A DNA stretch of 64,000 nt from Octopus bimaculoides (GCF_001194135.2 NC_068992.1:8579165-8643164), one strand, 5' to 3'. Shown: positions 25,206 to 39,868, counted from the stretch's first letter. The notes: a model not told the origin generated them from the sequence alone. Translations and numbers: made by a program.

Positions 25206-25778
25206 GTGTCAGAATGCCTACAGAGGTCAACAGATATTGCCTCTTTCTCCAGACTCAGCAAAAGAATATTAATATTATTAATAATAAAATAACACTGACA
25301 GCGAAACTTTTATCGGCAGTTTACTAGCAGCTATATGAACAATGAAGCGTGTGTGGGCTACTACCAATACAATAGAATCGATACCCGAACCACTGACGTG
25401 CACATTCGGAAATAAATATGCCAAGCACCATAACACTTTCATTAGCGGGGAAGATGATCAGAGATGTGGGTGGGGACGAGACCCTGGTAGTTTCTTACTC
25501 ATGTAGGGCCGGATTTCCCTATTTGTTTTCTTGTTTCTTTAAATCATATCTTTTTTTAACAATTATATTTGTATGATATTATAATTACTTGTAGAAATTA
25601 TTTTGTGTAACTTTAAAATATTTAACACGTCTTCATATACTGTATGAAGTATCGGACCCTTTCTTTCCTCGTTTATATATAACTTTGTTGTACTTCACAT
25701 ATTTGTATTCCCGTTGTAACAAATCTATTCTATGTATGAATGGGTCCTTGTGACAAATAGAAGAAATCATCACCACCA

Positions 25779-26815
<1,037 letters not shown>

Positions 26816-27592
26816 TAATTTCTAATTTTACAGCCAGAAAAAAACAAAACAAAACAAAAAAAAACCCTCAAAACATTAATAGACGAACAAACGGATAGGA
26901 AACACTGTGCACTCACCTTTCACATCAAACCTATAAATCTAACTGTAATTGCCAAAACACAAGTTACGCAAGACAAATTTAGGAAAAGTGACATCACCAA
27001 TACATTGTGATTGACAAATGATAGTCACGCCTTCCAAGGGAGACAACACAATTGGGCAAAATGGACAAGTCGCGATCATACGATTGTATATCGAAGGAAA
27101 AAGGCAATACCACCTGTCTGTCTATCTGTCCCTGTCTCTAGGAGTGGATATAACTGATTTAATGGACTGCCTCCCCACCCCTCTTTTGTACAGAACGGTA
27201 TTTTACTTTATCGGACCCTAATGAGCAAAACGGTAAAATCGACCTCAGCGGGGATTGAACGAGCAATACGATGGAACGTAAAAAAAGCATTTCGTCCGTA
27301 GGTTTACTTGTTCCCGTGTGTTTTTGTTTTTATTCAATAGTGGATGCTTGTCTTCGATAAGCAATTGTTTCTATTTACGAAGAGAATCAAGTATTTAATA
27401 TCATGCCGCATCGAGCCGGTAGGATTTCATGGAGATTTAGTAGCTATTTTTAGTAGATTGAGTGACCACGTAGACATTTCATGAATGACTTGTAAAGAAT
27501 TCTTATTGGCGATAATATTGTTGTTGTTTAGCTCTCCAGGAAAACCCTGACCAAATGCATCTAGCTGTGAGATTTCCAAATTAAGGGTATAA

Positions 27593-27893
27593 TGTTGTTG
27601 TTGGCACTCCGTCGCTTACGACGTCGAGGGTTCCAGTTGATCCGATCAACGGAACAGCCAACTCGTGAAATTAACGTGCAAGTGGCTGAGCACTCCACAG
27701 ACACGTGTACCCTTAACGTAGTTCTCGGGGATATTCAGCATGACACAGTGTGACAAGGCTGACCCTTTGAATTACAGGCACAACAGAAACAGGAAGTAAG
27801 AGTGAGAGAAAGTTGTGGTACAGCAGGGTTCGCCACCATCCCCTGCGGAGCCTCGTGGAGCTTTAGATGTTTTCGCTCAATAAACACTCACAA
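27593..27893 (-). mobile_element. SINE family A, head lost in assembly gap
   Basis: Colinear with the 35451 copy up to the N-run at 27894. Confidence 0.9.
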
Positions 27894-28374
27894 NNNNNNN
27901 NNNNNNNNNNNNNNNNNNNNNNNNNNNNNNNNNNNNNNNNNNNNNNNNNNNNNNNNNNNNNNNNNNNNNNNNNNNNNNNNNNNNNNNNNNNNNNNNNNNN
28001 NNNNNNNNNNNNNNNNNNNNNNNNNNNNNNNNNNNNNNNNNNNNNNNNNNNNNNNNNNNNNNNNNNNNNNNNNNNNNNNNNNNNNNNNNNNNNNNNNNNN
28101 NNNNNNNNNNNNNNNNNNNNNNNNNNNNNNNNNNNNNNNNNNNNNNNNNNNNNNNNNNNNNNNNNNNNNNNNNNNNNNNNNNNNNNNNNNNNNNNNNNNN
28201 NNNNNNNNNNNNNNNNNNNNNNNNNNNNNNNNNNNNNNNNNNNNNNNNNNNNNNNNNNNNNNNNNNNNNNNNNNNNNNNNNNNNNNNNNNNNNNNNNNNN
28301 NNNNNNNNNNNNNNNNNNNNNNNNNNNNNNNNNNNNNNNNNNNNNNNNNNNNNNNNNNNNNNNNNNNNNNNNNN
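27894..28374. other. Assembly gap (largest). Others: 30681-30800, 33254-33298, 36755-36764, 43172-43265, 46123-46145, 54505-54710, 56119-56339, 58982-59150, 61567-61576
   Basis: N runs. Confidence 0.99.
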
Positions 28375-30815
28375 CTTACCTACCTACCTATCATGTGTGC
28401 ATCTATCATATATTTTTATACATAACAATTCTTTATGCCAACCAATCAAGGGTTGAATTAACCATTTTAATTATTTCCTTAAGTAGCAGTTTTGGTTAGT
28501 GCTAATAGAAAATAAATTAGTTAATGAGGAATAGGATTAAAAAAACCCAGAAATAACATGATTTCAAAAATAAGTTCAAGGTTACATTTATTTTTATGTG
28601 TTAGAGAAGGGTCCTTATTTTGAAAGGGTTAGGACCTTTGAGATAGGCAGAAGGAAAACAGTCCTCCTAAGACTGGAGATCAAGCCTGAATCCTTGCAAT
28701 TGATTTGACTCTATTAGATATCCGTGGTGTTAAAAAGGGTACTAGTCTACCATTTGTAAGAGCCTTTGTCTCTTGTTTGGCCTCTTGTTTTAAAACATTG
28801 ATAGGATGAAACAAATGCAGAGTTAGCTTCAATCAAATGATAGGAAGAAAAGAGAAAAGAAACACAGAAAGCTTTGTTTTTTTTCAAGTAAAAAATTGAA
28901 ATTAAAATAGAAAATACAAATGAATTACAGCAAAATATCTATTAATTTTCAATATATTCTCATAGATTTAAGTGTGAATCATAGATTTTTTTTTGTCATT
29001 AGAGATCAACTCTCTTTAGATGATGTGTCTTCATAACACATGGTTCATTGATGTGAGGGGACTTAGAGACATTGATGTTTTAATTTTGTCTCCTCAAAAA
29101 CCTACTTAGAATATGGACAATATACTTTTAAAACAAGAGGTCAAACAAGAGACGAAGGCTCCTACAAATGTGTGGTGGTGGTGGTTATTATGATGGTCAT
29201 AGTGGGGGTTATTCAGCCTGTGAGATATAACAGCCAAGTCACTCCCAAATTACACTCTAGTGCTTTGAGAAAGGAGGGAGACATTTGATAATGGAGTCCT
29301 AGATATATGATGCTTGAAAAAAATAACTACTGGATGGTCATAGCTGGAATACCTAAGATTTGATGGCTGATTTGGAATCAAAAAGATAACAGGTTGAGGG
29401 AGCAAATAATATTTATATCAAAAACAGAATGTAACAGTTTGTCTGAGTTCCACAAAGAAATTCATAACTTTAAATAAACTAAAAAGACATGGAAAAAATG
29501 TTTAACATGTACTGAATTGTTTAAATTTTATTATTCAGTTCAAACTTTAAAAGAAACAAGTTCCAAGGTATTCAAACTACAAATTTTAACAGTTATCAAC
29601 CCTGAATAAAATTGGTACAAGAGGACAAATTTTAGAGGAGGTCTGTAGTTAATTATATTGATTCCAGATTGAGCTTTCTAGGAAGCCTGCAGAACATTGA
29701 AGGCAAAGACATCAATGACATTCCAGGTGTCCAAGGTTCAATTCTCAAATTAATCCAAACTGCTGGTTCTGTCATTCACAGCCAAATAAGAATGAAATTA
29801 CAATCTGACTAAAAACCTATTCTCACTGTTAACTGATGAATTCTTTCTAATTTTCTTTCTCAAGAAACGAATAGTATCGGGAGATAACTCGTGTTTTACA
29901 ATAGGACCAATAAGCCAAGTTGGAGTTGCCTCCCTTAAGAACGACCTGGCATCTATTTCAAAACTTTCTCCCAAATCTCAGAGATTTTCTGCGACAGTGT
30001 TAAAAGATCCCTTCTCCCTTCTGTCTTCTGCCGTGACTTGAAAAGTCTGTCTCCTATCTTCATTCTACAATATATATATGAAAAAAATTGACTTACCTGT
30101 GCACTATTGTTGTGTTAAGGCACAAGAGGAGTGATAGGTTTTGGACAGACTAAAAGGTCATTTCAATCTTGAAGCAATAGTGGACTGGACTGACCAACCA
30201 CAACTGTAATATGTTGTGGATCGAAACATGGGACAGCTACAAATAGAAAAACAAAAGGAAAATATATTTGCTGCAAACTATTTCGACATTTCAATAAAAA
30301 TATATATAAATTTCTTTCTGCATGTACATGTTAATAACGTAGGCATTATAGGGGAAAAAACAATAGTGTGATTTCAAGGAAATTTGGCTACTATTTCTAG
30401 CACCTTGAATGGGTACAAAATTCCCTCAGTGGGTTGTATATGTGTGTGTATATATATATATCCTTTTACTTGCTTCAGTTGGGTCGTTGATGACCTCTTT
30501 CTAGCATATTGGATGTCCACCTAGTGGTCATCCCTTCTTATACGCATGTAATACAATTTTTCTGAATTATCAGATTTTTTTATATGCTAGACCACTGGTT
30601 TTAAATTGAAATTAATATTCAATTTATCACCCTCAGTATATAAATAATATAATATAATATAATACAATATAATATGTATANNNNNNNNNNNNNNNNNNNN
30701 NNNNNNNNNNNNNNNNNNNNNNNNNNNNNNNNNNNNNNNNNNNNNNNNNNNNNNNNNNNNNNNNNNNNNNNNNNNNNNNNNNNNNNNNNNNNNNNNNNNN
30801 ATATCTAATATATAT

Positions 30816-31188
30816 CTGTGGTAAGTAGCTTGCTTACCAACCACATGGTTCTGGGTTCAGTCCCACTATGTGGCACCTTGGGCAAGTGTCTTCTACTATA
30901 GTCTCGGGCCGACCAAAGCCTCGTGAGTGGATTTGGTAGACGGAAACTGAAAGAAGCCCATCGTATATATATATATGTATGTGTGTTTGTGTGTCTGTGT
31001 TTGTCCCCCTACCATCGCTTGACAACCGATGCTGGTGTGTTTACGTCCCCATAACTTAGCGGTTTGGCAAAAAGAGACCGATAGAATAAGTACTAGGCTG
31101 ACAAAGAATAAGTCCTGGGGTCGATTTTCTCAACTAAAGGCGGTGCTCCAGCATGGCCAGTCAAATGATTGAAACGAGTAAAAAAGAG
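30816..31188 (+). mobile_element. SINE family B
   Basis: Near-full-length copy after the gap. Confidence 0.9.
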
Positions 31189-33027
31189 TATATATATATA
31201 TCTAATATAATATATATATATACATATATGTACACAGAATATGTATATATATGTGTCTGTGTGTGTGTACACACACACACACACACACATAAGGGAGGTG
31301 TATATTAATGTTGCCTTATTTAAATTAATATTAACTCCTACTTCTTTTTCTACAACAGATTGTTTTATCGCACCAGCTGTGTGAACAAGAATACCTTCCA
31401 CGTCAGCACTCAACACTGCAGGAGTTGTGAGTCAGGTGTGAGCACATTCTTCTGATCATTATCAAAAAACCCCACAGCAACTACAACAAGAAAACCATTG
31501 TGTGGTCATTGCATGTGCTAGAATTAGCAGCCAAATAGCCCTGAAGTTACCCCTTACTATTTTAGAAAAGAATACATTAAATAATGTGGCCCTATATGTC
31601 TTACAAAAGGATGAGATAATGAAGCAAGGCTAATTCGAGACTAAACGACTATAACTGCACTCAACTTGCAAGAAATAATCACCAGGGTATAGAATGTTCA
31701 GGAAAATGAAGGAATTATATTAGCTAAAATGATAGAGGTTTGTTCAAAGCATGGCTTGCTTGAAGCTTAAAAAAACAATCACAAGGAACCTTAGCAATCT
31801 TCTACAGTGGTTCTCAACCAGGATCCATATAAAATTTTGTTGTTAAAATATATATGCAATAAATTGGATATACTTCTACAGTGCACACAATATTTTTTTT
31901 TTTCAATTTTTTTTTTATTTGTCCCCAACACCATCAGTTGTCAAGCGATGGTGGGGGGGGGGGGGGGACAAACACATGAAAGTTTAATGGATAGTTTTAA
32001 TTTAAGTCTTTTAGTATTTAAATAAATCATGCCTGGCCCAAATATTCTACCTGTTTTAGGGCCAGAGAGTTACTCAATCAAAGCTGACAAGCTACTAAAC
32101 AAACAATAACAAGCATCTTCTTCTCAAGTTTGTCTTTGTCACCATCAGCACAATAGACTGTAGGTGTTGTTATGTAGCTGAAATGCTGATGTGCAAGATG
32201 AGTGGTGTATGTATGATGAAAACAGGAGGGGAGATGGAGAGGATTCTGTTCAGCCATTTTCCTCACAATCGAGAAGCAACAGTACAAAAAGACTGGGTAA
32301 TATCTCTGGTATGGGCCTTGTAGTTATATTTTTTACAGAGAAGCAAATAGATATATGGACGTTGTGTTAGAAAACACAAATACTGTGATATATATACCAA
32401 GAGAGAAAACTCTCATATAGTAATTTGGTGATTTTGGCCTAATTTGGCCTTGTCAATGGTAGATACCTCAGCACTGGAAATAGCAATATACATAGAAATA
32501 CAGAGCGAAAACAGGTACTGATGTCGCTAAGAGCCAGTGGCCTTATTAAAAAATAGAGTGACAGAGGCTCCATTTATTTTTTAATAACTACATAAAGTTT
32601 ATCTTACTATTTTGGAGTAATTAAAGAAGTCAAGATAAATGATAAAATAAGATAATGTAATCTATGGATATATTAAAGGATTGAATATATTCACAGTCAA
32701 AGAGAGAAAATATAATTAAACTTAAGGGAAAAAGGCAAACAGTTTGAGACTAATTGTCTGCTATAGTACACCAGCACATTCCTGCACCTGCACTCCATTA
32801 TTAACTACAAGCCAACCAGGAAGCTCTATGTAATCACCTGACTTGCTAGAAATAGTAGCTAAATTTTTCTCAAATCATTCATTAATGTGTAAATGACATT
32901 TTGGATAATGTTACTCCTTCATATATAAAATGATAGTATGGATTACATGAGAGTCTCTTTTAGAAGTAGCCAAATCTCCCTCAAATCAACTCCACTATTT
33001 TTTTTAAAAAAAGGAAGGAACACACTG

Positions 33028-33162
33028 AGGACTGGTGAACCAGGTGGCTGCACCAGGCTCCAGTCTGATTTGGCAGAGTTTCTACAGCTGGATGCCCTTC
33101 CTAACGCCAACCACTCAAAGAGTGTAGTGGGTGCGTTTACGTGCCACTGGCATGGAGGCCAG
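33028..33162 (-). mobile_element. RTE-type 3' fragment
   Basis: Matches 44170-44290. Confidence 0.8.
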
Positions 33163-34303
33163 TATATATATATATAAATTATTTAAAATTATAATACAGG
33201 GTATCTAAGAGATACCGCCACGCTGAAAAATAGCAGTCAAATCCTGCTATTTTNNNNNNNNNNNNNNNNNNNNNNNNNNNNNNNNNNNNNNNNNNNNNGC
33301 TATTTTTCAGCGTGGCGGTATCTCTTAGATACCCTGTATTATAATTTTAAATAATTATTACCTTTGATGGTTTTTATTCCCATGCTGGCCACTTGATAAG
33401 ATCAATATTTTAAATATCAATCTTATCCTTATTTATATATATATATATATTATAACGAAGGTGGCTATATGCAAAATAAAACCATAAACAAAAAATTCAA
33501 TTGCCACTAATTGTGAGTAAGAGTGACATATTGCTAGAGTTAAAAACCCCTCAAAGCTGCAAGAGAACATTTTCATATACTAACAGGAGAGATAACTGCC
33601 CCACAGTGAAGCTAGATTATTATACTCGGCTAGTTTTGTTTGAAAATTACAAACTCATCAGCAGTGACTACTCAATCAATACACATACATACATATATAC
33701 ATGCGCACAAGCTTCTTTCAGTCCATCAAATCCACTCGTAAGGTCTTGGTTAGCTCAGGGCTATAGTAGAAGACAAGTGCTCAAGGTGGGACTAAGCCCA
33801 GAACCATGTGGTTGGGTAGCGAATATCTTGAAATAAAGAAAAAAAACACAAAACAAAAAACAGGTGTTCTTCAGAGACAACCTGCCTTGAGTCTTTTAAG
33901 TTCTATGGATGAAGCAGGTCTCCAGTCAAGCAGCAGGTAACATGGGTATAGTATATAGTTGATAGATGAGTTAAGTAACATGCTCGTGTATAAAAGCTTA
34001 GGAGTGGAAGAATGTAGGTAGCTAGGAGTGATATCAGAAAGATAAGTGGGGAGCTGGATGTTAGGTCTATGAAACCAAGAAAGAAAATGAGAATAAGAGG
34101 ATTGCTAATGTTGGTATACAATGAAGATGAGAGTCATCAGATATCCAAAAATTACACAGCATTGTCTATTTGTATGAATTAGGATATCAGTGGAGAGAAA
34201 TGTGTCTAAAATAACTCTGGTGTACTTAGCTCTAGCATCAATGAAATGAATGCTAGAAGACATGCTGGTTGGTGTTGTTTCACCCCAGATTAGCACTGTT
34301 TGG

Positions 34304-34690
34304 GTGGAGGCGCAATGGTTCAGTGGTTAGGGCAGCGAACTCGCGGTCATAAGATCGCGGTTTCGATTCCCAGACCGGTCGTTGTGAGTGTTTATTGAGC
34401 GAAAACACCTAAAGCTCCACGAGGCTCCGGCAGGGGATGGTGGCGAACCCTGCTGTACTCCTCCACCACAACTTTCTTTCACTCTTACTTCCTGTTTCTG
34501 TTGTGCCTGTAATTCAAAGGGTCAGCCTTGTCACACTGTGTCACGCTGAATATCCCCGAGATCTACGTTGTGGGTACATGTGTCTGTGGAGTGCTCAGCC
34601 ACTTGCATGTTAATTTCACGAGCAGGCTGTTCCATTGATCGGATCAACTGGAACCCTCGACATCGTAAGTGACGGAGTGCCAACACACAC
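34304..34690 (+). mobile_element. tRNA-head SINE, family A, full length
   Basis: A-box-like tggttcagtggttag and B-box-like ggtttcgattccc, 3' end ggagtgccaacacac, imperfect TSD (agcactgtttg / agtactgtttg). Confidence 0.9.
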
Positions 34691-35450
34691 AGTACTGTTT
34701 GAGCATAACTATGATCAAAAGCGTTCCAGCCATGACCAAACTGTCAGTTTGTACATGAGAGAATAATATTGTCCAAGGTGTCGTTCATAGACAGTAAGAT
34801 GTGATTGGGAAAAAAAAAACAAAAAAACTGAGGTGCTATTTCTAATAAGACAAATGATCACAGAACTCTCTGTTTGGTTTCTAGTTAATAATGTTGTGCA
34901 GGTGCAGGAATGTGCTGAAGTACTATAGCAGCCAATTAGTCTCAAACCGTTTGCCTTTTTCCCTTTAGTTTAATTATATCCTATCTCTTTGACTGAATAT
35001 GTTCAACCCATTATATTTCCCATCTGCAGTCCAAGTCCCTATACGAAAGTGTGTATATGTCATGGGGAGGAGGAGGAGATGATACAGCTGTAGAAGACAT
35101 CCACCTGGTGGGGGGATGATGGTGAGTTTAACGTGTACACTAGCCATGGTATCTAACCCAGAGATGGAAAGCTTTTTATATCAGAATGTTGTATTGAAGT
35201 TAACTTATCTAACAAGGCTGCATTTCAAAAAAAAAGCTGTTTGTACTGCTAAACCTTATTGTTTTATAAAACGTAATTATTAAATATTTAAAAAAGCAGA
35301 GTTTCAGAATAAGCACCTCCAGCATAACCATTTCTTTTTACATTATATTTTCTAAAAATCTCTCAGGATTTCAATGGTATATTAAATATAACTCAGCTTA
35401 CTTTTAAAGTGATTACTTGGAATAAATGATAAGAAGTGTAAAGGGATATA

Positions 35451-35847
35451 TTGTTGTTGTTTGTTGTTGGCACGCCGTCGCTTATGACGTCGAGGGTTCC
35501 AGTTGATCTGATCAACGGAACAGCCTGCTCGTGAAATTAACGTGCAAGTGGCTGAGCACTCCACAGACACGTGTACCCTTAACGTAGTTCTCGGGGATAT
35601 TCAGCGTGACACAGTGTGACAAGGCTGGCCCCTTTGAATTACAGGTACAACAGAAACAGGAAGTAAGAGTGAGAGAAAGTTGTGGTGAAAGAGTACAGCA
35701 GGGTTCGCCACCATCCCATGCCGGAACCTCATGGAGCTTTTAGGTGTTTTCGCTCAATAAACTCTCACAACGCCCGGTCTGGGAATCGAAACCGCGATCC
35801 TATGACCGCGAGTCTGCTGCCCTAACCACTGGGCCATTGCGCCTCCA
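35451..35847 (-). mobile_element. tRNA-head SINE, family A, full length
   Basis: Reverse complement of the 34304 copy. 12-bp TSD taaagggatata at 35439-35450 and 35848-35859. (TTG)n tail. Confidence 0.92.
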
Positions 35848-35923
35848 TAAAGGGATATAAAGGAGTTAAAAAGAGTGGCTTTAGGTAAAATTAAACCCAT
35901 TAAAATATATTTCTGCAGAGATA

Positions 35924-36080
35924 CTGTGTGGCAGTGTACTTAAGAAGCTTGCTCCCTAACCATGTAATCCTGGGTTCAGCCCCACTGCATGGCACATAGG
36001 GCAAGTGTTTTCTATTAAAGTCAATGGCTGTCCAAAACCTTGTGAGAAGATTTCATAGAGGGAAACTAAAAGAAATCCCT

Positions 36081-36123
<43 letters not shown>

Positions 36124-36310
36124 AACTCTGTATTTGCTACCTACTACCATCATTGCTCGACAACTGGTGGTGGTTTGGCAAAAGAGATTAAGAGAATAAT
36201 TACTGGGCTTCAAAAATAAATGGTGGGACCAGTTTGTTTAATTAAACTCATCATGATGGTGCACCAGCACGGATGCAGTTCAATCACTGAAACAAGTGAA
36301 AAATAAAAGA
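35924..36310 (+). mobile_element. Degenerate SINE family B
   Basis: Head, central (TA)/(TG) microsatellite and tail motifs recognisable. Confidence 0.7.
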
Positions 36311-36708
36311 TAATTTTCCCCCCAAAAAACATTGTAATTCTTTCAGAAGACCACAATTAGCCCTTTAAAAGGTCACATGTTAATCAACTCTGATATTAGC
36401 CTGTGTTCAAAGTCTGGAGCTAATCGCAACATGTACCATGGGAATCGGTAGATCCTGCTGGGCTGAGACTCAATCAGATTATCCAGTGCCTGTAGATTAA
36501 GCCAGGCAGTTCTGGTACATATTCCCAACAGTTAGCTAATTTGAGATATTGTGGAACAATGTGTTCCACCCAGATACACTACAGCAGATGTTTCTTTTTA
36601 CATGCTTGTTAGAAGACGAGGAGTGACCCTGGCCCTTCCAGGTCGTTCTTGTTTGGTGAAATTGATAGGATGACGGTTAGTTTAAACATCTGTCAGATAT
36701 TGAACTCA

Positions 36709-36754
<46 letters not shown>

Positions 36755-36764
36755 NNNNNNNNNN

Positions 36765-36798
<34 letters not shown>

Positions 36799-39133
36799 CC
36801 TCCCTCTCCCTCTCACACACATTTATATGTAAACTTTCATCAACATGTATTAAATCTCACTGCCAAATTAACTTCTTGAGGGCCTTTGCAGTTATTTTTG
36901 ATGAGAACATATACATCACACACATGTGTGCACATGCATACATACATGTATGCGTGCACGCCAACACACGCACACACACACACACACACACACAAGAACA
37001 AAGATCTATCCAAGAGGGTTTGAAGTGCTTCACCACTCTGAAAGCATCTAATTTAATAGAAAGAATAAAAATCAATACCCAGTTGTCATCTTCAAGAATG
37101 AAAGGGACAACGTCTTATACGCTTGAAGCAGATTCCTCAAGAAGTATTTCAGAAGCTGATGCTATTCTATTCGACCCTAAAACCCCTATTTATTCACCAG
37201 AGCTATATTAGGTCTGAAAAATAAATGTGATGGTCGTGGTTGGAAGGCTAGAATGCTTTTGATTATACATCTGCTCAATCAGGACGGAGTTGGGGGCTAA
37301 GCAACAAAAATTACCTGCAGATATGAATTTCATCTCTATCAAAATTAAAACTGGACATCTACCTGTGAAGGTGTGCTTATAAGATTATCATTCCATGTGA
37401 ATATGAAAATGGACTTTATTATCATCAGCTGTGAGACAGACAGAAAAAATAATGGAAGCAATCCAAAAAGGTTGGCTCGTTCTTGGCAACAGAGAAGATA
37501 TTAATACAGAGGGGGATAAACACAAGCAGTAGCCACATTAAAATCAATGTTGTAAATCTCACTATGGCTCAGACATCAAATAAACCTAAAATTATATTTT
37601 ACTGAGATATGATAAATCTGCTGTTATTGATTATTAATCTCTGTGATGTTAATAGTATCTGAACTTTCTCATTATGTACCAAGAAGACTCTCTTTCCCAT
37701 ATTTGTTATATATCCCTATCAGATAAGGACATCATTAACAATAACCTCACAATTATTTTTGGGGCGCTTTCTTTAACACCTCAAGTGTTTCCTTCCTCAG
37801 TGACTAACTCTAAGGCTTTCATACAGCTAGATTTACTGGTGATTCACATTTAAATGTCAAACATCAGTGGCCTCTGGGAGTCAAAGCATAAGTGTTCTTA
37901 TCATAATTCCTGTTTGAAATATTCTACAAACATTGCTAACACTATCTTCAGTCTTTCAAATATTTTTCTAGTCACACAAACAACCAATTCCAGATCCCTA
38001 AATCCTTATTGTTTGGATGACTTCAGTAGAAATAATGAAAGATTTTTATACAGCCACAATAAAAAAGAGGTCTTTTACCCTTGAGAATTTATAGACCTTG
38101 ACACAAGCAAAGACTTCCGCAATTTTTATCAGAAGAACCTCCTGGCAAATTTGCTTAAGGGATTCCCACACCTTTCATTTCTCAAATCAAAAGTATTTTT
38201 ATCAGAGTACTCCACTGCAGTGTGTGCCAAATTAACTATTCAAATCACATTTTATCATCTATGATGTACCTCAGAGTTTGATTATGAATTCTCTATTTAT
38301 TTTCTTATACATTAACTGACAATGTCATTGTTGTCACCACTGGCACCACCACCACTGCCACACATCTTACTGATTAGCAAACTTTATTCACCCTCATGCT
38401 GCCCTTACTATTAGCCTGTTTACATGCTGTGTCCTCTCTGTCTCATACTGTGAAAGCACGTCTGGGCTTCTGGTCATGACTGAACCATGTTGTGTGATCT
38501 TTGTAAGCTAAAAGGTTCATTTATATAGGGTGTTTTATTCCTAGTTTACCATGTGAACATATGCAGGCTATTTGTTGACGAGGAGATTATTACAACACCT
38601 GGAAACAAGTGGGTGAGTGGGTGACAGGAAGGACGTCCAACAGTAGAAAACTCTGCCCCAAACTCTGATCCATGCAAACATGGTGAAGTAGATGCTATGA
38701 TGATGATGATGAAGAAAAGAGTTTCTTTTTGTCTTTTTTCAAACTACTCATACAAGTGCACCAAGAATATTTTAACGGATCTCCAGCATGCCAACACTTA
38801 TTCTCAAATCTAACCTATATCATCAATATACTCCTTGATCTATATTTCCCAAAGTCTTTAGTACATATTATACCCAGTACAAAATAATTTATTCATATTA
38901 CGTATCCTTATCAGTGCAATTGTGTAAACTATCATTTTGCAACCAATGACTATCAAAGACAGAAGTCAATGGATACAGTCTCAACTTCTCTCATACATAT
39001 TTGATAAGCAACAGATTATTTTTAAACATTATCAGTTGAAATGCGAATCAGTGATAACTGCAGTAATACAATTCACAGTTATGTATCCTCTGAAGTTCTG
39101 TATTCAGTTCTCTTTTGCTAAACTTAGTTTTAA

Positions 39134-39348
39134 CCCTTTCGATACAAACCTGCCCATGACTGCCCTTGTATGATGCAAGCTTCTTTTTTAAAGTAATCTA
39201 AATTAAAAAACATCAGTCAAAAAGTCATGTTAATGTATGTTCCAAACACCAGCTTAATGGTAAATTCATTTCACCAAATTCTTCATTATTTTCAAAATTA
39301 ATGGAAACAAAGGCAGTGTATTTTGACAGAAATAGGGTAACGAAAGGG
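39134..39348. mobile_element. piggyBac-type MITE
   Basis: TTAA-CCCTTTCGATAC...GTAACGAAAGGG-TTAA: TIRs plus TTAA target-site duplication. Confidence 0.8.
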
Positions 39349-39724
39349 TTAAGGGAGACATAATGTTGAGGGTTAGAAAATCATGTGAATTTCACATAAT
39401 TAAATTTGTGTTAACATATTCAAAGACAGGTATACAAAAAAAGAAAAGAAAAAGAAGCTATTATGTCTCTAATTGAATAGAAATACCACAAACTCATCAA
39501 GAAGAACTCGTCAAGAAGTGAACATATGTCTTTCACAGCTATGACGGTTATGACAGTTCTGCAAAACCAATGGAGAACAACTGAAAGCCAAGCTGTACAA
39601 GAGGGGATGGGCATAACTTGAATGCATTTGACCACAGTTCTGCTCGATCAAGGCTTTCCTGTGGCTAAACAACAACTTCCAAATAAAAACTAAGACCCTT
39701 ATAATGAGACTCCAGATGAAATGT

Positions 39725-39834
39725 CTCAAGCATGGCTGTGTAGTTAAGAAGTTTGTTTTGAAACCATATGGTTTCACCCAATGCTTTGTGAGTGAATTTG
39801 GTTGATGGAAAATAAGTGGAAACCTGTTGTGTGC

Positions 39835-39868
<34 letters not shown>

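Noticed and set aside
27802-28499. Long ORFs spanning N-runs (also 54361-54957, 56022-56414, 58897-59240)
   Set aside because: Artefacts of X translation through gaps.
29978-29980. In-frame TGA within a ~95-codon minus-strand frame (selenocysteine or readthrough?)
   Set aside because: No selenoprotein-like motif, no SECIS recognised and no support that this frame is coding.
34304-34380. tRNA-like sequences with A/B boxes (also at 26384, 35770, 43740, 61140)
   Set aside because: They continue directly into SINE bodies with tails and TSDs and have no complete cloverleaf. They are SINE heads, not tRNA genes.
35030-35121. Exon-like SKSLYESVYMSWGGGGDDTAVEDIHLVGG with good splice sites
   Set aside because: A TGA occurs 2 nt before the donor (it would be open only if the G6 run were G5), and the acceptor region lies at the edge of an inverted repeat. 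Not called as CDS.
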